A program made the position numbers and the translations under genes. The notes under the pieces were generated by a model, which ran no database searches, had not been told where the DNA came from, and saw nothing but the letters and a program-made list of their open reading frames with translations. A DNA stretch of 64,000 bases from Callorhinchus milii (taxonomy: Eukaryota): positions 40,860,001-40,924,000 of the forward strand of contig NW_024704743.1 of assembly GCF_018977255.1 (NCBI RefSeq), given 5' to 3'. This document shows, piece after piece, positions 26,897-39,964 of this stretch. Position 1 is the first letter of the stretch. Each line of letters starts with the position of its first letter.

Positions 26897-28188
26897 ATAG
26901 TCTGATCGCCAATCTCACTTTCCTCTCCGAGATCCTGGAACGAGTTCTTGCTTCCCAGCCTCATTCCTTCCTTTCTCACTTCACGGACCCCTCCAATCGG
27001 GTTTCTGTGCCACCCACAGCACAGAAACAGGCCTGGTGAAAGTGAAAAATTACATTCTGTCCATCACTGACCAGGGCTCCCTCTGCCTCCTCGTCCTCAC
27101 TGTTGCTTTCGACACCATTGACCACTCTATCCTCATCCACCGCCTCTCCTCTCACTGCAATCTTCAAGGCGCTGTCCTTGACTGGTTCAGATCATACCTC
27201 TCACACCGCCTCCACTTATCTCCATAAATGATTTCTCCTCTAGCTCTCATACCATCTCATGTAGCGTTCGCCAGGGCTCCAACTATACATCTCTGCCTCC
27301 AACCTTGACTCCAGGACCACTGCTGCCCTGACAGAAAGTCTATCAGACATCAAGTCCTGGATGAGAGCTAATTTTCTTCAGTTGAACATCACCAAGACTG
27401 AGGCCTTCCTAATTGGCTCCCAATAGCACCTCCTCACCTCAGGCTCTGACAGCATCACCACCCATGGTTGCACACTCCGTCTTGCTAGGCCAGTCCGGAT
27501 CCTTTCTACCCCACATCTGTGCCATGACCTGCACTGCCTTCCCCCCAGCTCCACCACTGTCTCACCCCGCAGGCCACTGAAACCCTCATACATGCTTTCA
27601 TTATATTGAGGCTCGATTATGCAAACTCCTTGCTTGTCAGACTCCCCAAATCCTCCCTCCATAGGCTGTAGATCATCCAGAACTCTGCAGCCCGTGTCCT
27701 CTCCCACACCAGGCTCAGCGACCCTCTCACCCCCATTCTCACCCGAATCCACTGGCTTCCCATCAATGGCTTCAAGATCCTGGTCCTAACCTTCAAAGCC
27801 CTCTATGTTCTTGCTCACCCCTACCTCTGTGACCTCCTAACCCCCTACCATCCTGCTCGCTCCCTCCGCTCAACGTGCTCCAGTCTGCTTCACATCCCAT
27901 GCCTCGCTTTCCCCACTATTGGCGGGCGGGCCTTCTGCCAATCTGCTCCCACCCTCTGGAACGCCATCCCACAGTCCCTACACTTCCCACCCGCCTTTGC
28001 CTCCTTCAAGGCCCATCTCAAGACCCTCCTCTTCGATAATGCTTTCAATCTCCCTGCTTGCCCCCCTGCCCTCCACACTCCCCGATCACGACCCCCCAGC
28101 TCAGGTTGAAACTCTGACTGTCCAGCGCCTTGGGACATCCTCCCGATGTAAAAGGCGCTATACAAATGTAATTTTGTTGTTGTTGTTG
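26897..28188 (+). mobile_element. L2 5'-truncated copy (RT to 3' tail) inserted in a SINE tail
   Basis: RT motifs ([29 protein letters not shown]) and a (TTG)n tail. The SINE tail is split between 26815-26895 and 28195-28215. Confidence 0.9.
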
Positions 28189-29544
28189 GGTACCAATTGC
28201 AAGGATTATTATTATATTATCTGGGTTTACTTTTTCAATCAAGTTAAATTCCACAAACACTGCATATCATCCTTGTTGTTATCCTCTGTACCTCCTTGAT
28301 CAGTGACTATGAGTGGGATATTGAAGGCACAAATTGTACAAGGTTTATCTGAAGAAACAGTCACTATACTTGAAAGTAATGACTTTGTGAAGTGTTTTGA
28401 GACATTTTGATATGATATGGCATTAATCGGATGTACTGTGTGTCTGTTGTGTGGAAGCAGAATATTGTGTTATGTCACTAGAGCAGTTGCTCAGCTTTCC
28501 ATCGTCCCCTGATACTTTTTGAGCTGATTAACACCACAAAAGAAAATACATTGAACACAAGATTAAATTAAGAGAAAAAAAGATTAATAAACCATCTGCT
28601 CTGTTATACAAAGATGCTGTGCGCAGATCTTTGACTGGCAGAATACACAAGTAACCCAGTTTGAATTCGGGAAAGCAACTTTAGTGCTTAACCATCTGTT
28701 CTGTAAATGAGATGAAGTTGACATTGTAAATAGCTTATATCTAGGTGGTTCAGCTACAGAGGCACAAGAATAGAAAATCGACCTAGCAGTTAATTGCAGA
28801 AGTTCCCTGTTGTAAAATGGGACGAAAACATCAAGTCTAGGAGATGGTACGAAGCGTTGTTAGTAGTGGTACTGGCCCAACAGGGTTGGAAATGGGCTGC
28901 CTGTCAAAGAGTCTCCAGATAAACGAGTTTTTAGAATCATAAAATATAGTATTGGTACGTCACATCTGAGACTGCAGTGCTCTGTAATCTGCCTTCAGTG
29001 TCTTTATCTAGTTGCTCCCATTTACATTCAAAAATGGTGAATATCCCACTTGGTAACTAGATGGATAATTGCACAAGTTTTCCTCTGTATTCAAACATTA
29101 TTTCAGTAGTTTTTTCTATTGAGCCAATCATATGAGAGTCAACGTAATATGTTTTGCCAAGGGGTGAGACCGGATACTTAATAAAACATTTCTTCCTTGG
29201 CAATCTTACACGGTTCTTTCGTGGGTTATACAACATTCTTCAATGTAAATGGAAACAACTTACATTCTTGATGCAGTGCCAGTTTCCGCCTATCTTCTGG
29301 CAATCACCAGGAGCCTCTATTGGCTTCACAGAAGTAAAAGCCAAGATTGACACCCAAGCAGAATTCTGAAGAGTTGGCCTTAGACACATCCAAGTACTTG
29401 TAGGATCCACTTATGCAAATCTCACAAGATGTGCAAGATTCTGCTTTCCCAGAGTCACTTCTCTGTAACAAATACTCAAAGTTCTGCCACACTTTCATAA
29501 TTGGAATGTAAGGTGAGAGAGAGGGGTGGCTATTTGACCCTGAA

Positions 29545-29730
29545 ATCTGGAACTCTCTCCCCCAAATGGCTGTGTATGTTGGATCCATTCAAATTTTGAA
29601 GACTGAGGTGGATAGATATTTATTACATAAGGGTATTGAGGCGTATGGGGCAAGGGCAGCTCATTGGAGTTGAGGTACAGATCAGCCATGATCTTATAGA
29701 ATGGCGGAACAGGCTCAAGGGGCTGAACGT
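29545..29730 (+). mobile_element. CR1 3' end
   Basis: tggaactctctccc...cagatcagccatgatct...aatggcggaacaggctcaaggggctgaa. Confidence 0.75.
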
Positions 29731-30393
29731 CTTACTCCTTTTTCTATGACTCATAAAAAACTGAAACAAACTCACTAACACTTACAAAGACTTAAAACAG
29801 CTTAAAACAGTTTTTTTAAGAAAATATAATTTGGATCTATTCAAGTTAATTGGTTAACTATCTTCCTTGTCAGAACAAATTACAGAAGTGATGGGTCATG
29901 TTTCCAGATTTTGTCTTCTATGCTCCTTAGCAGTTGGAGGTCACCTTAATTTCCAAACAAATGGGAATGTAGCAAGACATTTAATCAGAGCTCAACCAAA
30001 ATAATGATTTCAACAATTTAACAATCAAGAAATAAGCCTCTTGGTCCCTATGAAAGTAAAGGCTGTGCAATCATCCAGATGGGTTGATTGGAAAGTGGAA
30101 CACCACAGGTATGTTTTGCCTCACATACATTGAAGTGTCTTTCATTGTACAGGACATAATGGCCTGGATAGTGGCAATTTTCAGCTCAGTACCTGCTTCC
30201 TTCCAATCCAGCTAGAAAATAATCAGCCAAGTAAATGTCATGTTTCCAACAGAACCAAGTGAAAGTTCAGCTGAACCAACCATCATTCATTAGTGATACT
30301 TCTTTTAAGCTCCATTTTTATTACACACTGCAAGACACCACCCTGAGGGAAGGGTGCCATACAAACATAAGCTGTTGTTGTAGAAAGAGAAAG

Positions 30394-30718
30394 TAATAAT
30401 AATAATAATAATCCTTGCATTTGATATAGCGCTTTTCACGTCGGGAGGATGTCCCAAAGCGCTTCACAGAACACACTGTAAAGTGAATTGACTGTATATT
30501 TTTGTGGGCGAACGCGGCAGCCAATTGCGCACAGCAATGTCCCACAAACAGTCGTGGATTGAAAATGACCAATTAATTATTGTTTTTTGGTTTTGGAGGG
30601 ATTATTATTAGGCGTGTGGAGTAAGGAAACTTGCCCAAGGTTTCGCCCTGCCTGGAATTGAACTCAGGTCTCTCGCTTGCAAAGCGAGTGCTCTAACCAC
30701 TGAGCTACAGGACTCCAC
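30394..30718 (-). mobile_element. tRNA(Ala)/Deu SINE young subfamily, full length
   Basis: Intact head with anticodon arm CTCGC-TTTGCAA-GCGAG, Deu core, L2-type tail and (TAA)n. Confidence 0.93.
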
Positions 30719-31003
30719 GTAGGAAGCATCATAGGTATAAGACAAGAATGCAGATTTCATGTAGGAAGACCACTATATATGTACAAAAGGCACACTTAGC
30801 ATTCACTCAGACAACACTATAAGTTATTTTAAATCACAAGCTATTCTATGTTGTATGACCTATACTAACTTGGCAGAAGGCCCAGTATATTCCAGTCATG
30901 GGAATAATCCTTGGTCCAATAACAATGATGCACAAACTAATTTATTCTATGCATCAGTTTTGGCAAAAAAATGCATGCAAATGTTTTAAAGACAATGGAA
31001 TGG

Positions 31004-31233
31004 TGGTGAGAAATTTCACCTGAGACTAGATTTATTCTGTTTTATAACATTTCAGCATGACTAGAATTTGGCAAATTTTTTAATAACGCATTAATTTTGA
31101 AGCCACTTTTCTGTCAGATTTTTGAAGAACCAACTTCAAATTTAAGATTGAAATCAATAATTTGCCAAATTCTGGTCACTCTGAATTGTTACATAAATAG
31201 AGTAAATCTAGACCCAGGTAAAATTTCTCCCCA
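31004..31233. mobile_element. MITE-like element with ~75-bp imperfect terminal inverted repeats
   Basis: Left end tggtgagaaatttcacctgagactagattta...gaatttggcaaatt matches the reverse complement of the right end. Related copies at 47942, 57725 and 8258. Confidence 0.8.
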
Positions 31234-31899
31234 AAGGTTGGTGGCACGCTGTATGTAACTTGTTATTAATCTGGCTTGTAAATGAAGTTTCACAGGCTGT
31301 CTGCACAGCAGTTGATAGAGGTCATCACAATGGCTCTGAGAAACTCTATTGCTAAATGAGTGCAGTCAATTACACCCAAAACAATTGGGGGGGGGGGTTA
31401 AGGGGAGACAGTTGTGATGTGGAATTGCATCTCCTTTGAAAATAAAAGCTGCAAGTCATCACTAAACTCCAGAAAGCAGGATATATGTTTCCTCAGAGAC
31501 CATCGGGGAAATTCTTCTTTATGATTATTATGATCTAGCGACCAAAATATTCAGGTTCACCTTGAGCTCAACAGCTGTTCTTGACACAAGGGACACGATC
31601 TAGTCTTCTGCTACCATTTGACACACTTCAATAATTGTTTCTCTAGGAAACATTTTCTCGACCCTACCTTTTGTGTTACTGTCAGAAATGATGTGCTGGC
31701 TTAATAGAATCTCTACTTTACATATGATCTTTTCCTGAGGCTCTTCTTGTGTGCTTCAACCTCCCCATCCTTCATCTAAAAACCTGATAGCAGTTACAAT
31801 AAGAATAAATTGCTATGTTAGCGTATGTTTAGCACAGTAGTGACACCTTAGATCTCAACTCATTGACATCATCTGTGCAACCCATATTATCTATTTGGA

Positions 31900-32462
31900 A
31901 AATATTTATTAGCTTTGATTTTTCCAATGCTCTCCTCCCTGCTCTCCCCAGCTCCACCATCCACCACTCATGAAACCCATCAATTAAAAACTCTGCTGCT
32001 TGTATCTTAACCCATAGTAATTCGGTACTCTCGTCACCTTAGGCCTTGCCGGGCTTCACTGTCTCCCTAATGCAGAACGGATCAATTTCAAGATCCTCAC
32101 ACTTACATAGAAATCACTTCATACCCTGGCACCTCTCTCTCTATCTGACCTGCTTACTCATCTTTCCATCTCCTTCACTCAGTTGGCTCTAGTCTCCTGC
32201 ACAACCCCTGCCCCATCCACTCACCCATCAGTGGCTATATTTTCAGCCATTATGTCTTGAGACTCTGGAATTCATTGCCTCAATCCTTCCACATTCCCCC
32301 TACCTTATCCATCTTCAGATCACCCAAAGACCTTCCTCTATGATTGTGCCTACAGTCAAGTGCCTTCTGTCTCTGAATCAGCATCAACCTCCACCACTGT
32401 TAAGAGTTCCGAGATGCTATTCATGTGAAGAGCGCTGTATAACACAAGTTGTTGTGTTGTTA
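31900..32462 (+). mobile_element. Old L2 3' fragment
   Basis: Decayed C-terminal coding sequence (ttcaagatcctc, ctctggaattc) and a TTG tail. Confidence 0.7.
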
Positions 32463-33299
32463 TAGTTTGGGCTCCTGTACAATCTTTGCAAGGTGATTGA
32501 AACATTCTACCAAAATTAAATGTGCAATTTAAGTGCAAATTGTTGTTGCCAACAATATGCCTACATTTAACGGAACAAGCTTACCAATTCATGCCTTTTT
32601 GTTATTTCCTTAAAATGATCAAAAAATCATTGTGATTTCTTTAAAGCCACATTGAAACCTATTGCAAAGGACAGCTATTTCTGTAGTGCGTTCTGACTTT
32701 GGAAAAATCTAGGAATTCACCCCTCACTAATGATAGAGATGGCTGACCAAATATGCTACAAAAGACAATGATAAAACTAATCCTTGCATTTGATATAGCA
32801 CCTTATCACATCATTGAGCTGTCTCAAAGCGCTTCATGGGATATATTGTATAATGGATTGACTGTATTTTGTGGGCGAAACTCGGCAGCTGGTTGGACAC
32901 AGCAATGTCCCACAAATAGCCATGGAATGAGTGACCAATTTCATTTGGGGGATTATTGGCCAGGACACTAGGGGAAACTCCCTTCTCTTTTTGAATAATG
33001 CCATGGGATAATTGCTGTGTTGTGGAATGCAATTGGCTTCAATTACAATTGTGGGTTGTAATGTTGGTTACATATCCTGAAGATTTGTGTGTTACTGTTT
33101 GGGAAAGTGATGTCTAGTTTTACCAATGACTTTTTGCCTCCTTCAGGAGATTGAATAGATTGGGTAGAAACCATAATGGGCTCATTTGTTGCTATCATGG
33201 AGAGAATGGATTTGATGGATCAAACAGCATTACTCTGTAATTTTGTAAAAAACATATATTCATGAAATAAAATATAATGCTCAACTTGTATAAATCATT

Positions 33300-34175
33300 A
33301 GTTAGATGACAATTAGAATATTGTAATTAGTGTTGGTCACTGCACTTTAATAAAGATGTCAAGGCAATTAAAACTAAATAATAATCCTTGCACCTTGATA
33401 TAGCTTTTCACATCTTCTAGATGTCTCAAAGGGCTTCGCAGAATATACTATAAACTGAATTGACTGTATAGTTGTTGTCAAAACGTGGCAGCCAATTGCG
33501 CACAGCAGTGTCCCATAAACAGTTATAGATTGAAGTGACCAACAAAAAATTGTTTTTTTCTCTTGAGGGATAATTTTCAGGTGTGTGGATAATTTTCAGG
33601 AAACTTGGCCAAGGTTTTGCCCTGCTGAGAATGGAACTCAGGTTTCTCGCTTGCGAGGTCAGTGCTCTGCCACTGAGCTATAGAACTCCTCCTGTCGAGT
33701 GGGTGCAGAGGAGATTGACTTTGATGATACCAGGGATGAATGGTTTGACCTATGAGTGGAGACTGCAGGGACTAGGACTTTTTCTGATAGAACAAAGAAG
33801 AATGAGGACTGACCTGATAGATGTCTTTAAAATTATGATGGGTTTTAACAGAGTCATTAGAGAGAAATTATTGTCATTGATAGTGGCAATAACTAGAGTC
33901 AGTAACTAGAAGGCGTCAATTTAAGATAGTTAGTAAATGAGCATTTGGGGAGGTTAGGAGAATCTTGTTCACACGCAGAGTAGGCAGAAAGTGGAATGCC
34001 ATGTAAGGAATGGTAGTTGAGGCAGAACCCATTTTGGCCTTCAAGCGGAAACTGGAAAAATACCTTTACAAGAGTCAGGTACAAGAGTATGGGAAAAAAG
34101 TAGCATTGAAAAGATTGCTTTTGAGGGAGTCACCACAGCACAGTGGGTTAAATAGCTTTCATCTCTGCCTTACAT
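33300..34175 (+). mobile_element. CR1 3' fragment interrupted by a minus-strand SINE at 33377-33689
   Basis: LEYC...KDVKA before the SINE and VQRRLTLMIPGMNGLTYEWRLQGLGLF after it. Confidence 0.8.
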
Positions 34176-35481
34176 TTTAGTGGAACAATGTTCTCTCAAC
34201 CTTGATTATCTACCACACTCTGTTTGACTGGACCTCAGCTTGCTTCAATATCTGTTTGTGGACATTGCTGTGTGCAAATTGGCTGCTGTGTTTACCTACA
34301 AATACAGTCAATATACTTCACAGTATAGTAACATCCTGTGAAGCGCTTTGAGACATCTTGACAATATAATAAGTGCTATATCAAATACAACGATTATTAT
34401 TATCTTCTTTATTCTAAGGAGGACTTGATTTGAAAACTCTCTTTAATAAGTAACTTCCAGCCACCGTGCTGCCCTTCTGCTCAGCTCTGAAGGCTTTGTT
34501 AGGATGAGAGGAGTAGCACAGCTATCTGGTTACATTAAGGTAACTCTGGTTGATAACATAATAGTGAGTTTTTATCTGAGCAGGAAAATGAACTGTCTGA
34601 TCATGCACAATTAACTGGAAAGTGAACAACAACAACTTGCATTAATATAGTTCCCTTCACATAGGATAATGTCTCAGTGCATTGTACAGTAGCGGGTTTG
34701 GATGCCGAATGAGGGGAGGTGACCAAAGTTGCAGACAAAGAGGTAAGTTTTCAGATGGGCTTTCAAGATAGGTAAATAGAGAGAAGAGGCAAGGCAGAGG
34801 GATTTAGGCAAAGAGTACCAAGAGGTAAGGGGTGCATTTTTTTATCCTGAGAAGGGAAGTTAATGGGAAGAACACTGGATAAAATTGGGGAATAGACTAT
34901 ATGCAGTATATATGGGTGTCCAGTAAAACAGAAAAATGACATATTTTGGGCTTTTCAACAGGATTTTATCATTCACATAAGAAGTAATCAAAGCTTCCTT
35001 AAAAACATTACTAAAATTCAATAAGTAAATCATTGAGTCCCTCACTTACAACTTTTTAAAAATTACATTGACTTCATGTGAAGCACTTACCTTTATAGGT
35101 ACCTTTTCACATTTACCCTTCAAGTGCTCTAGGGTGCTACCCTGAATGAGGGGTGCTATATAAATGCAAGTTTTTGTTATTATTGAGCAGAACATAAATT
35201 ATCTGACAATTATACTTAATTGGAGGGGGTCTGTTCTATTATGGAGATTAATAAAGATTCCCTGCAATGTATCGTTTAGCACAGCCCAATGATTCTTAAT
35301 GAACATTTTCTGGAAATTGGTGGACCTGGGATCAACAGGAATTGAGAGGAGAGTTAAGCACTCATCAAAGAGGAAACCAAGATCTTTAAAAAGCTTTAAA
35401 AAGGGACTCAATGATTTACTTATTGAATTGAGCAATTTTTTTCAGGAAACGTTGATTTAATTCTTAAGAAGAACAAAAAAG

Positions 35482-35620
35482 AAAAAACACAAAATACTGC
35501 AAATGCTGGAAATCTGAAAACAAAACAGAGGTCGCTGGAAACGCTCAGTAAAGTCAGGCAGCATCTATGGAGAAAGGAAAGTGAGGCAACATTTCAAGTC
35601 CACGACCCTTCGTCAGAACT
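35482..35620 (-). mobile_element. Penelope-like element terminal repeat with minimal hammerhead motif
   Basis: aaatactgcaaatgctggaaatctgaaa...gctggaaacgctcag...caggcagcatct repeat. The minus strand ends in CTGACGA-AGGGTC-GTG-GACTT-GAAATGTT. Confidence 0.7.
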
Positions 35621-37080
35621 GTTTCTGATTTAATTCTTGTTTGAATGATAAATCATTTATGGAGGTTTCACTTTATTTCACACACTTTCAGGAGGCTGTT
35701 AGAGGTCGGACCTTCAGAATTTGTGGCTCTGGAACTCCATCCGGGAGACCCTTCACTTCACCCCCTCCCTTGCCTCCTTCAAGACCCATCTCAAGACCTT
35801 TCTCCTTGACTGTGCATTTGGACATCACCCCAACCCTCCCCTCCCTTGCCCTCCATCACTCTTGATGCCAACTCCCAGCTCGAGTGCAAACCCATGACTA
35901 TCCAATGCCCTGGAGAATCCTCTTGACATGAAAGGCACTATATAAATGCAAGTTGTAGTTGTTATTACTCAATCAAATTAGCCAGAAAGAGTGCTTTTTG
36001 GACCAGTGGAAACAGGCAAGCTGTATTTTATCCACACAGGTCCTCAAATGCACGTACTGCATCGAGGAGTTGATTTCCACATGGATAAGGGAGAGACTTC
36101 AGGCTGTGATCCCGTGCCTTGTGCTGTGTGTCAACTTATGAAATGAGAAAAATGAAAAAATTCTATTAATATAATAGTGCACTGTAATATGTGTAACTAC
36201 TTGGAAAAATGGAAAATAAACAAGTCATTATAGTGTTAGTTTAAGTGTCAAGTTAGATAATACAAGATGCAAGATACTGAGAAATTGTTAGTGTGAGGAA
36301 TAGTGACAGAAAGGCATAAAGCCAGATGACAATTAGAAACAGGATGCACTGCATAACATTCATTCAACTTATAAAATCTAGCACAGTCTTGCTATTGGGA
36401 ACTCAGTATTATTAAAGCAATGGGTCTTTGAATTCTTCCAACTGACTTGTGGAAACCAAAACAAATTACCTGTGTTTCACAACTTGTACCCATTGGTGAC
36501 AAATCCTGCAAAACTCTTTCTAAGTAAATGCCACTGAAAGAGTTAAACTATGTTTGTGCTGTGGTTTATTTTATTTCAATACCCATACAGGATGTGATTA
36601 CAAAATATGAGGTTGAATCAAGTTGCATGCAAGCAATTTCCCAGATTGCTAAAATATTAATCTAATTTCAACTCATTTTACAAAGCGAAATGATGAACTT
36701 GTATTATTATTATTCAGGCACAATTCAGAATAAAGAATTTAACAAAGGCAGCAGGGGACATTCTTCTTCTTGTGTCAAATTAATATGAAATGTATCCTGC
36801 CAACAGCACTGATACCAATCTTCAGTCAAAGTCAATAGAAATCATTGTGTGTCATGCTGAATAACATAGAAATATACTATATCCAAACTTTCACTGCGCC
36901 AACCACAGTAAATACATCTCTATCTGAATTCAATGGAAGCAGTCATTATTTAATTTTTCTTTCACTGTGAATCTGTTTGCTCAATGAGCTACACACTTAT
37001 TTTAAAGACCCCTCATCTCCCATGGAATTGGTTGTTAGTCTGCCTGGTCATTTGCGTCTGACTCACAGTTCAATACTTAC

Positions 37081-37217
37081 TGAGTTTCTGTGCTATAACA
37101 GAGATGCTGTACTGAGAAACATCCTCTCTGTCCAGAATTTCATTTGTAGCAATTGTGCCTTCAACGTCATCGATAGTAAAGTACTTTTCTTGGTCAGTGC
37201 TTCGGTCAATTGAATAC
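37081..37217 (-). CDS. cdh12: Cadherin-12-like coding exon (137 bp), EC4
   Basis: Acceptor aaacag, donor gtaagt. Encodes [45 protein letters not shown] (LDRE motif; GTIATNE as in CDH12). Phase 2 to 1, in frame with both neighbours. Confidence 0.93.
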
Positions 37218-37766
37218 CTGTTTGGTTAACAAAATAATATTTTTGCATTAATGTTGTGTAAAACTACTAAATATAAATATTTAGAGTGCAATTAATAAAT
37301 TTACCATTCCATATTTACTCTATTTTTCATTATAATTACAGATGTTGTGGTCTTACAACAGCAAAATTCATTATGATCTCACAGAAAAAAGGTCAGCAAT
37401 TTTACCAATGAGCAGTGAGGATTGTATAATCAATCTTCCATTTGATATAGTGCCATATCACATCATCAAGGTGTCTCAAAAATCTTTACAGGATTTTATT
37501 GGATTGTGTAGATACTGTTATTTTGTAAGCAAACAAGGCAGCCAATTTGCATACAACAATATCCCACAAAGCCATGAGGTGAGTGACAATTACCATTTAA
37601 ATTACGATCTGCTTGTATTGAGTATTGAGAACTCATTTTATTTTGGCAGGTTGTAGGCTAGGACACTGGATGAAACTCTCTTCTCTTTCTGAATCGTGCG
37701 ATTGAATTTTTAATAGCCATCTGAACAGGCTAGGCTGTCACTGTGACTTGGCTGTCAACCCCTTAT

Positions 37767-37970
37767 GAAACAGAAAATGCACAAGATCAGGTCAGCAGGT
37801 CAGTCAGTACCAGACAGAGAATGATAAACCAATATTTGAGATATGATAATGAAGCACCACACCTGAAACATTGACCTCACTTTCTCTGCCAAAGGCTGGT
37901 TTTAGTGAGTGTCAATTTCCAGCATTCGCTGAATTACTTCTGACTTCCTACAATTACAGATTTTCTTTTG
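37767..37970. repeat. Degenerate palindromic (head-to-head) copy of the same Penelope-like terminal repeat
   Basis: The left half resembles 35520-35595; the right half (cctgaaacattgac...ttccagcatt) resembles its reverse complement. Confidence 0.55.
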
Positions 37971-38560
37971 AAAAACAATGAATAAAGCCATTTAATACAG
38001 TTCACAGTAATATTGCATAGGATCACAATTATCTTTTCATTCACATGAATGTAAATTTGACTTGTTCATTTGGAGAAAGGCTGAAACATTGCAGAAATCA
38101 TGACTTTAAATTTGCTTGTTATGCCAGCAAGACTATGGAGAATTAAATTAATAAAGATGATTTCATTCTGCATATTCCACAAGGGCCAAATTATCAGTGA
38201 TCTAAGGGAAAACCTTTCTTTTGTTTCTTAGTCTTACAGAGGATTATCAGAGTAAAAAACACACTGCCTGAGAGCAACAATCAATCTTTGATTCCAGTCT
38301 CATGTATGAAAGGTTAATTGATTGACAGCAAAAGAAAAGACTAGCATAGCAATTCTGCTCTTGCTGGCATTTGTAATGCCATTCAGATCTCAATGCACCA
38401 TTCCTGTTTGTCAAATAAGGAGCCAATATATTTTCAACATATCTGTTTTGAACCCACTGTGTTAACAAGCCAACCGATCCTTTTTACTCTTCCAGTAAAA
38501 CATAATATCAACTAGTAAGAGTTCTGTATTATTTCAGAACAATATCTTATAATATATAGT

Positions 38561-38866
38561 AATGATAATCTTTGCCTTTGATATATCGCTTTTCACGTCT
38601 TCGAGACGTCTCAAAGCACTTCACAGAATATATTGTAAAGTGAATTGACTGTATGTTTGTGGGTGAAACTCGGCAGCCAATTGTACACAGCAGTGTCCCA
38701 CAAACAGTCATGGATTGAAGTGACCAATTTATTATTGTTTTTTTTTGAGGGATTATTATCAGGCGTGTGGAGTAAGGAAACTTGCCCGAGGTTTTGCCCT
38801 GCCGGGCATCAAACCTAGCTCTCTCGCTTGTGAGGCCAGTGTTCTAACCTTTGAGCTACAGGACTC
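38561..38866 (-). mobile_element. tRNA/Deu SINE, short body with old-type tail
   Basis: Full head to tail; tail reads cacgtcttcgagacgtctcaaagc. Confidence 0.9.
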
Positions 38867-39964
38867 TTTATTAATAAAAAAAGAGTACAACATAAATGTC
38901 AACTTTCTGGAAATATCTGTCCTGCATTCGGCTAATAAAGAAATTATGTAATTGACAGCACCCACAACTAATTGACTGCATAATCTTCTGAGTTAAAAAT
39001 TAGCCATTTCTGCATGGCAGTAACACTGTATCTCTTTCATTTTGGGAACTCAATACAATTTAAACTGATAACATAATCTGAAAATGCAAAGATCCCATGA
39101 GTTTAGAACTCAGATAGAGAGTTGGCAGTCATACATTTCAACAAAACAAATACATTCTCAAAAGTATCACCAGCGACACAAATTGAATTTACTGATCAGA
39201 AGAAAATGTGCAAAGAAAATACTAGAGATCACTGTTTGGATAATTTTCCAAGACATTGGCAGAATCTCTGTGATAGTTTTGTGCCGATTGAGAAATTGAA
39301 AATTGGGTAGAAATCTGGTTTAATCTTTGCCAATCTCAGTCACGTAGACCACGTGATTTGCAATATGTAACCGGTGATATCATATCACCAGTCACATTCT
39401 CTTCTTCTCCCCCGTGGCTCCCCACCCCCCATCCCCACATTTTGCTGGTTATAATAGAAATATTGTTCTGCAGGTTTTCTGCCAACGCAGACAATTATCT
39501 GAGGACAATCTTAATCTAATTAGTGGTTTTCTACTAAGCCTAGAGACTTCTGCTATGGGTCGAATTACACCTCCACACCCCCTGTTTAAAATCACACTAC
39601 CTGCAAAATAAGTTAGAAAAATAATGTTTTTGTTTCAAAGATACAAAACTGCATTTGGGGGTATAATTGTTTTATAGAGAAAAAATAGGAATAGTTGTGA
39701 AGCAATGATTTCTATAATTATGGTTCTTTGTGAAATAGAAATACCCACATAATAAATTGCTACACAAATAAAGGGGGTGGATGGAAGGGGGGACTGTAAT
39801 ACCAAAGGAAGCAATTGAGCAAATAACATCTGAAACTGCAATAACCACATCCAAATAATGTGCAACTTTGACAATGAATGTGAAAGTCAATCATTTTGGG
39901 TGCAAAGCAAAGTGTGCTACTTCATGGGACATCAGCTTCACAAAATCAAAAGATTGCTTTGCAT

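Noticed and set aside
30640..30718. tRNA-Ala(TGC) gene calls at SINE heads (also near 6700, 46580, 61060, 63860)
   Set aside because: There is no proper acceptor stem, and each head continues into a Deu core and L2 tail. These are SINE heads.
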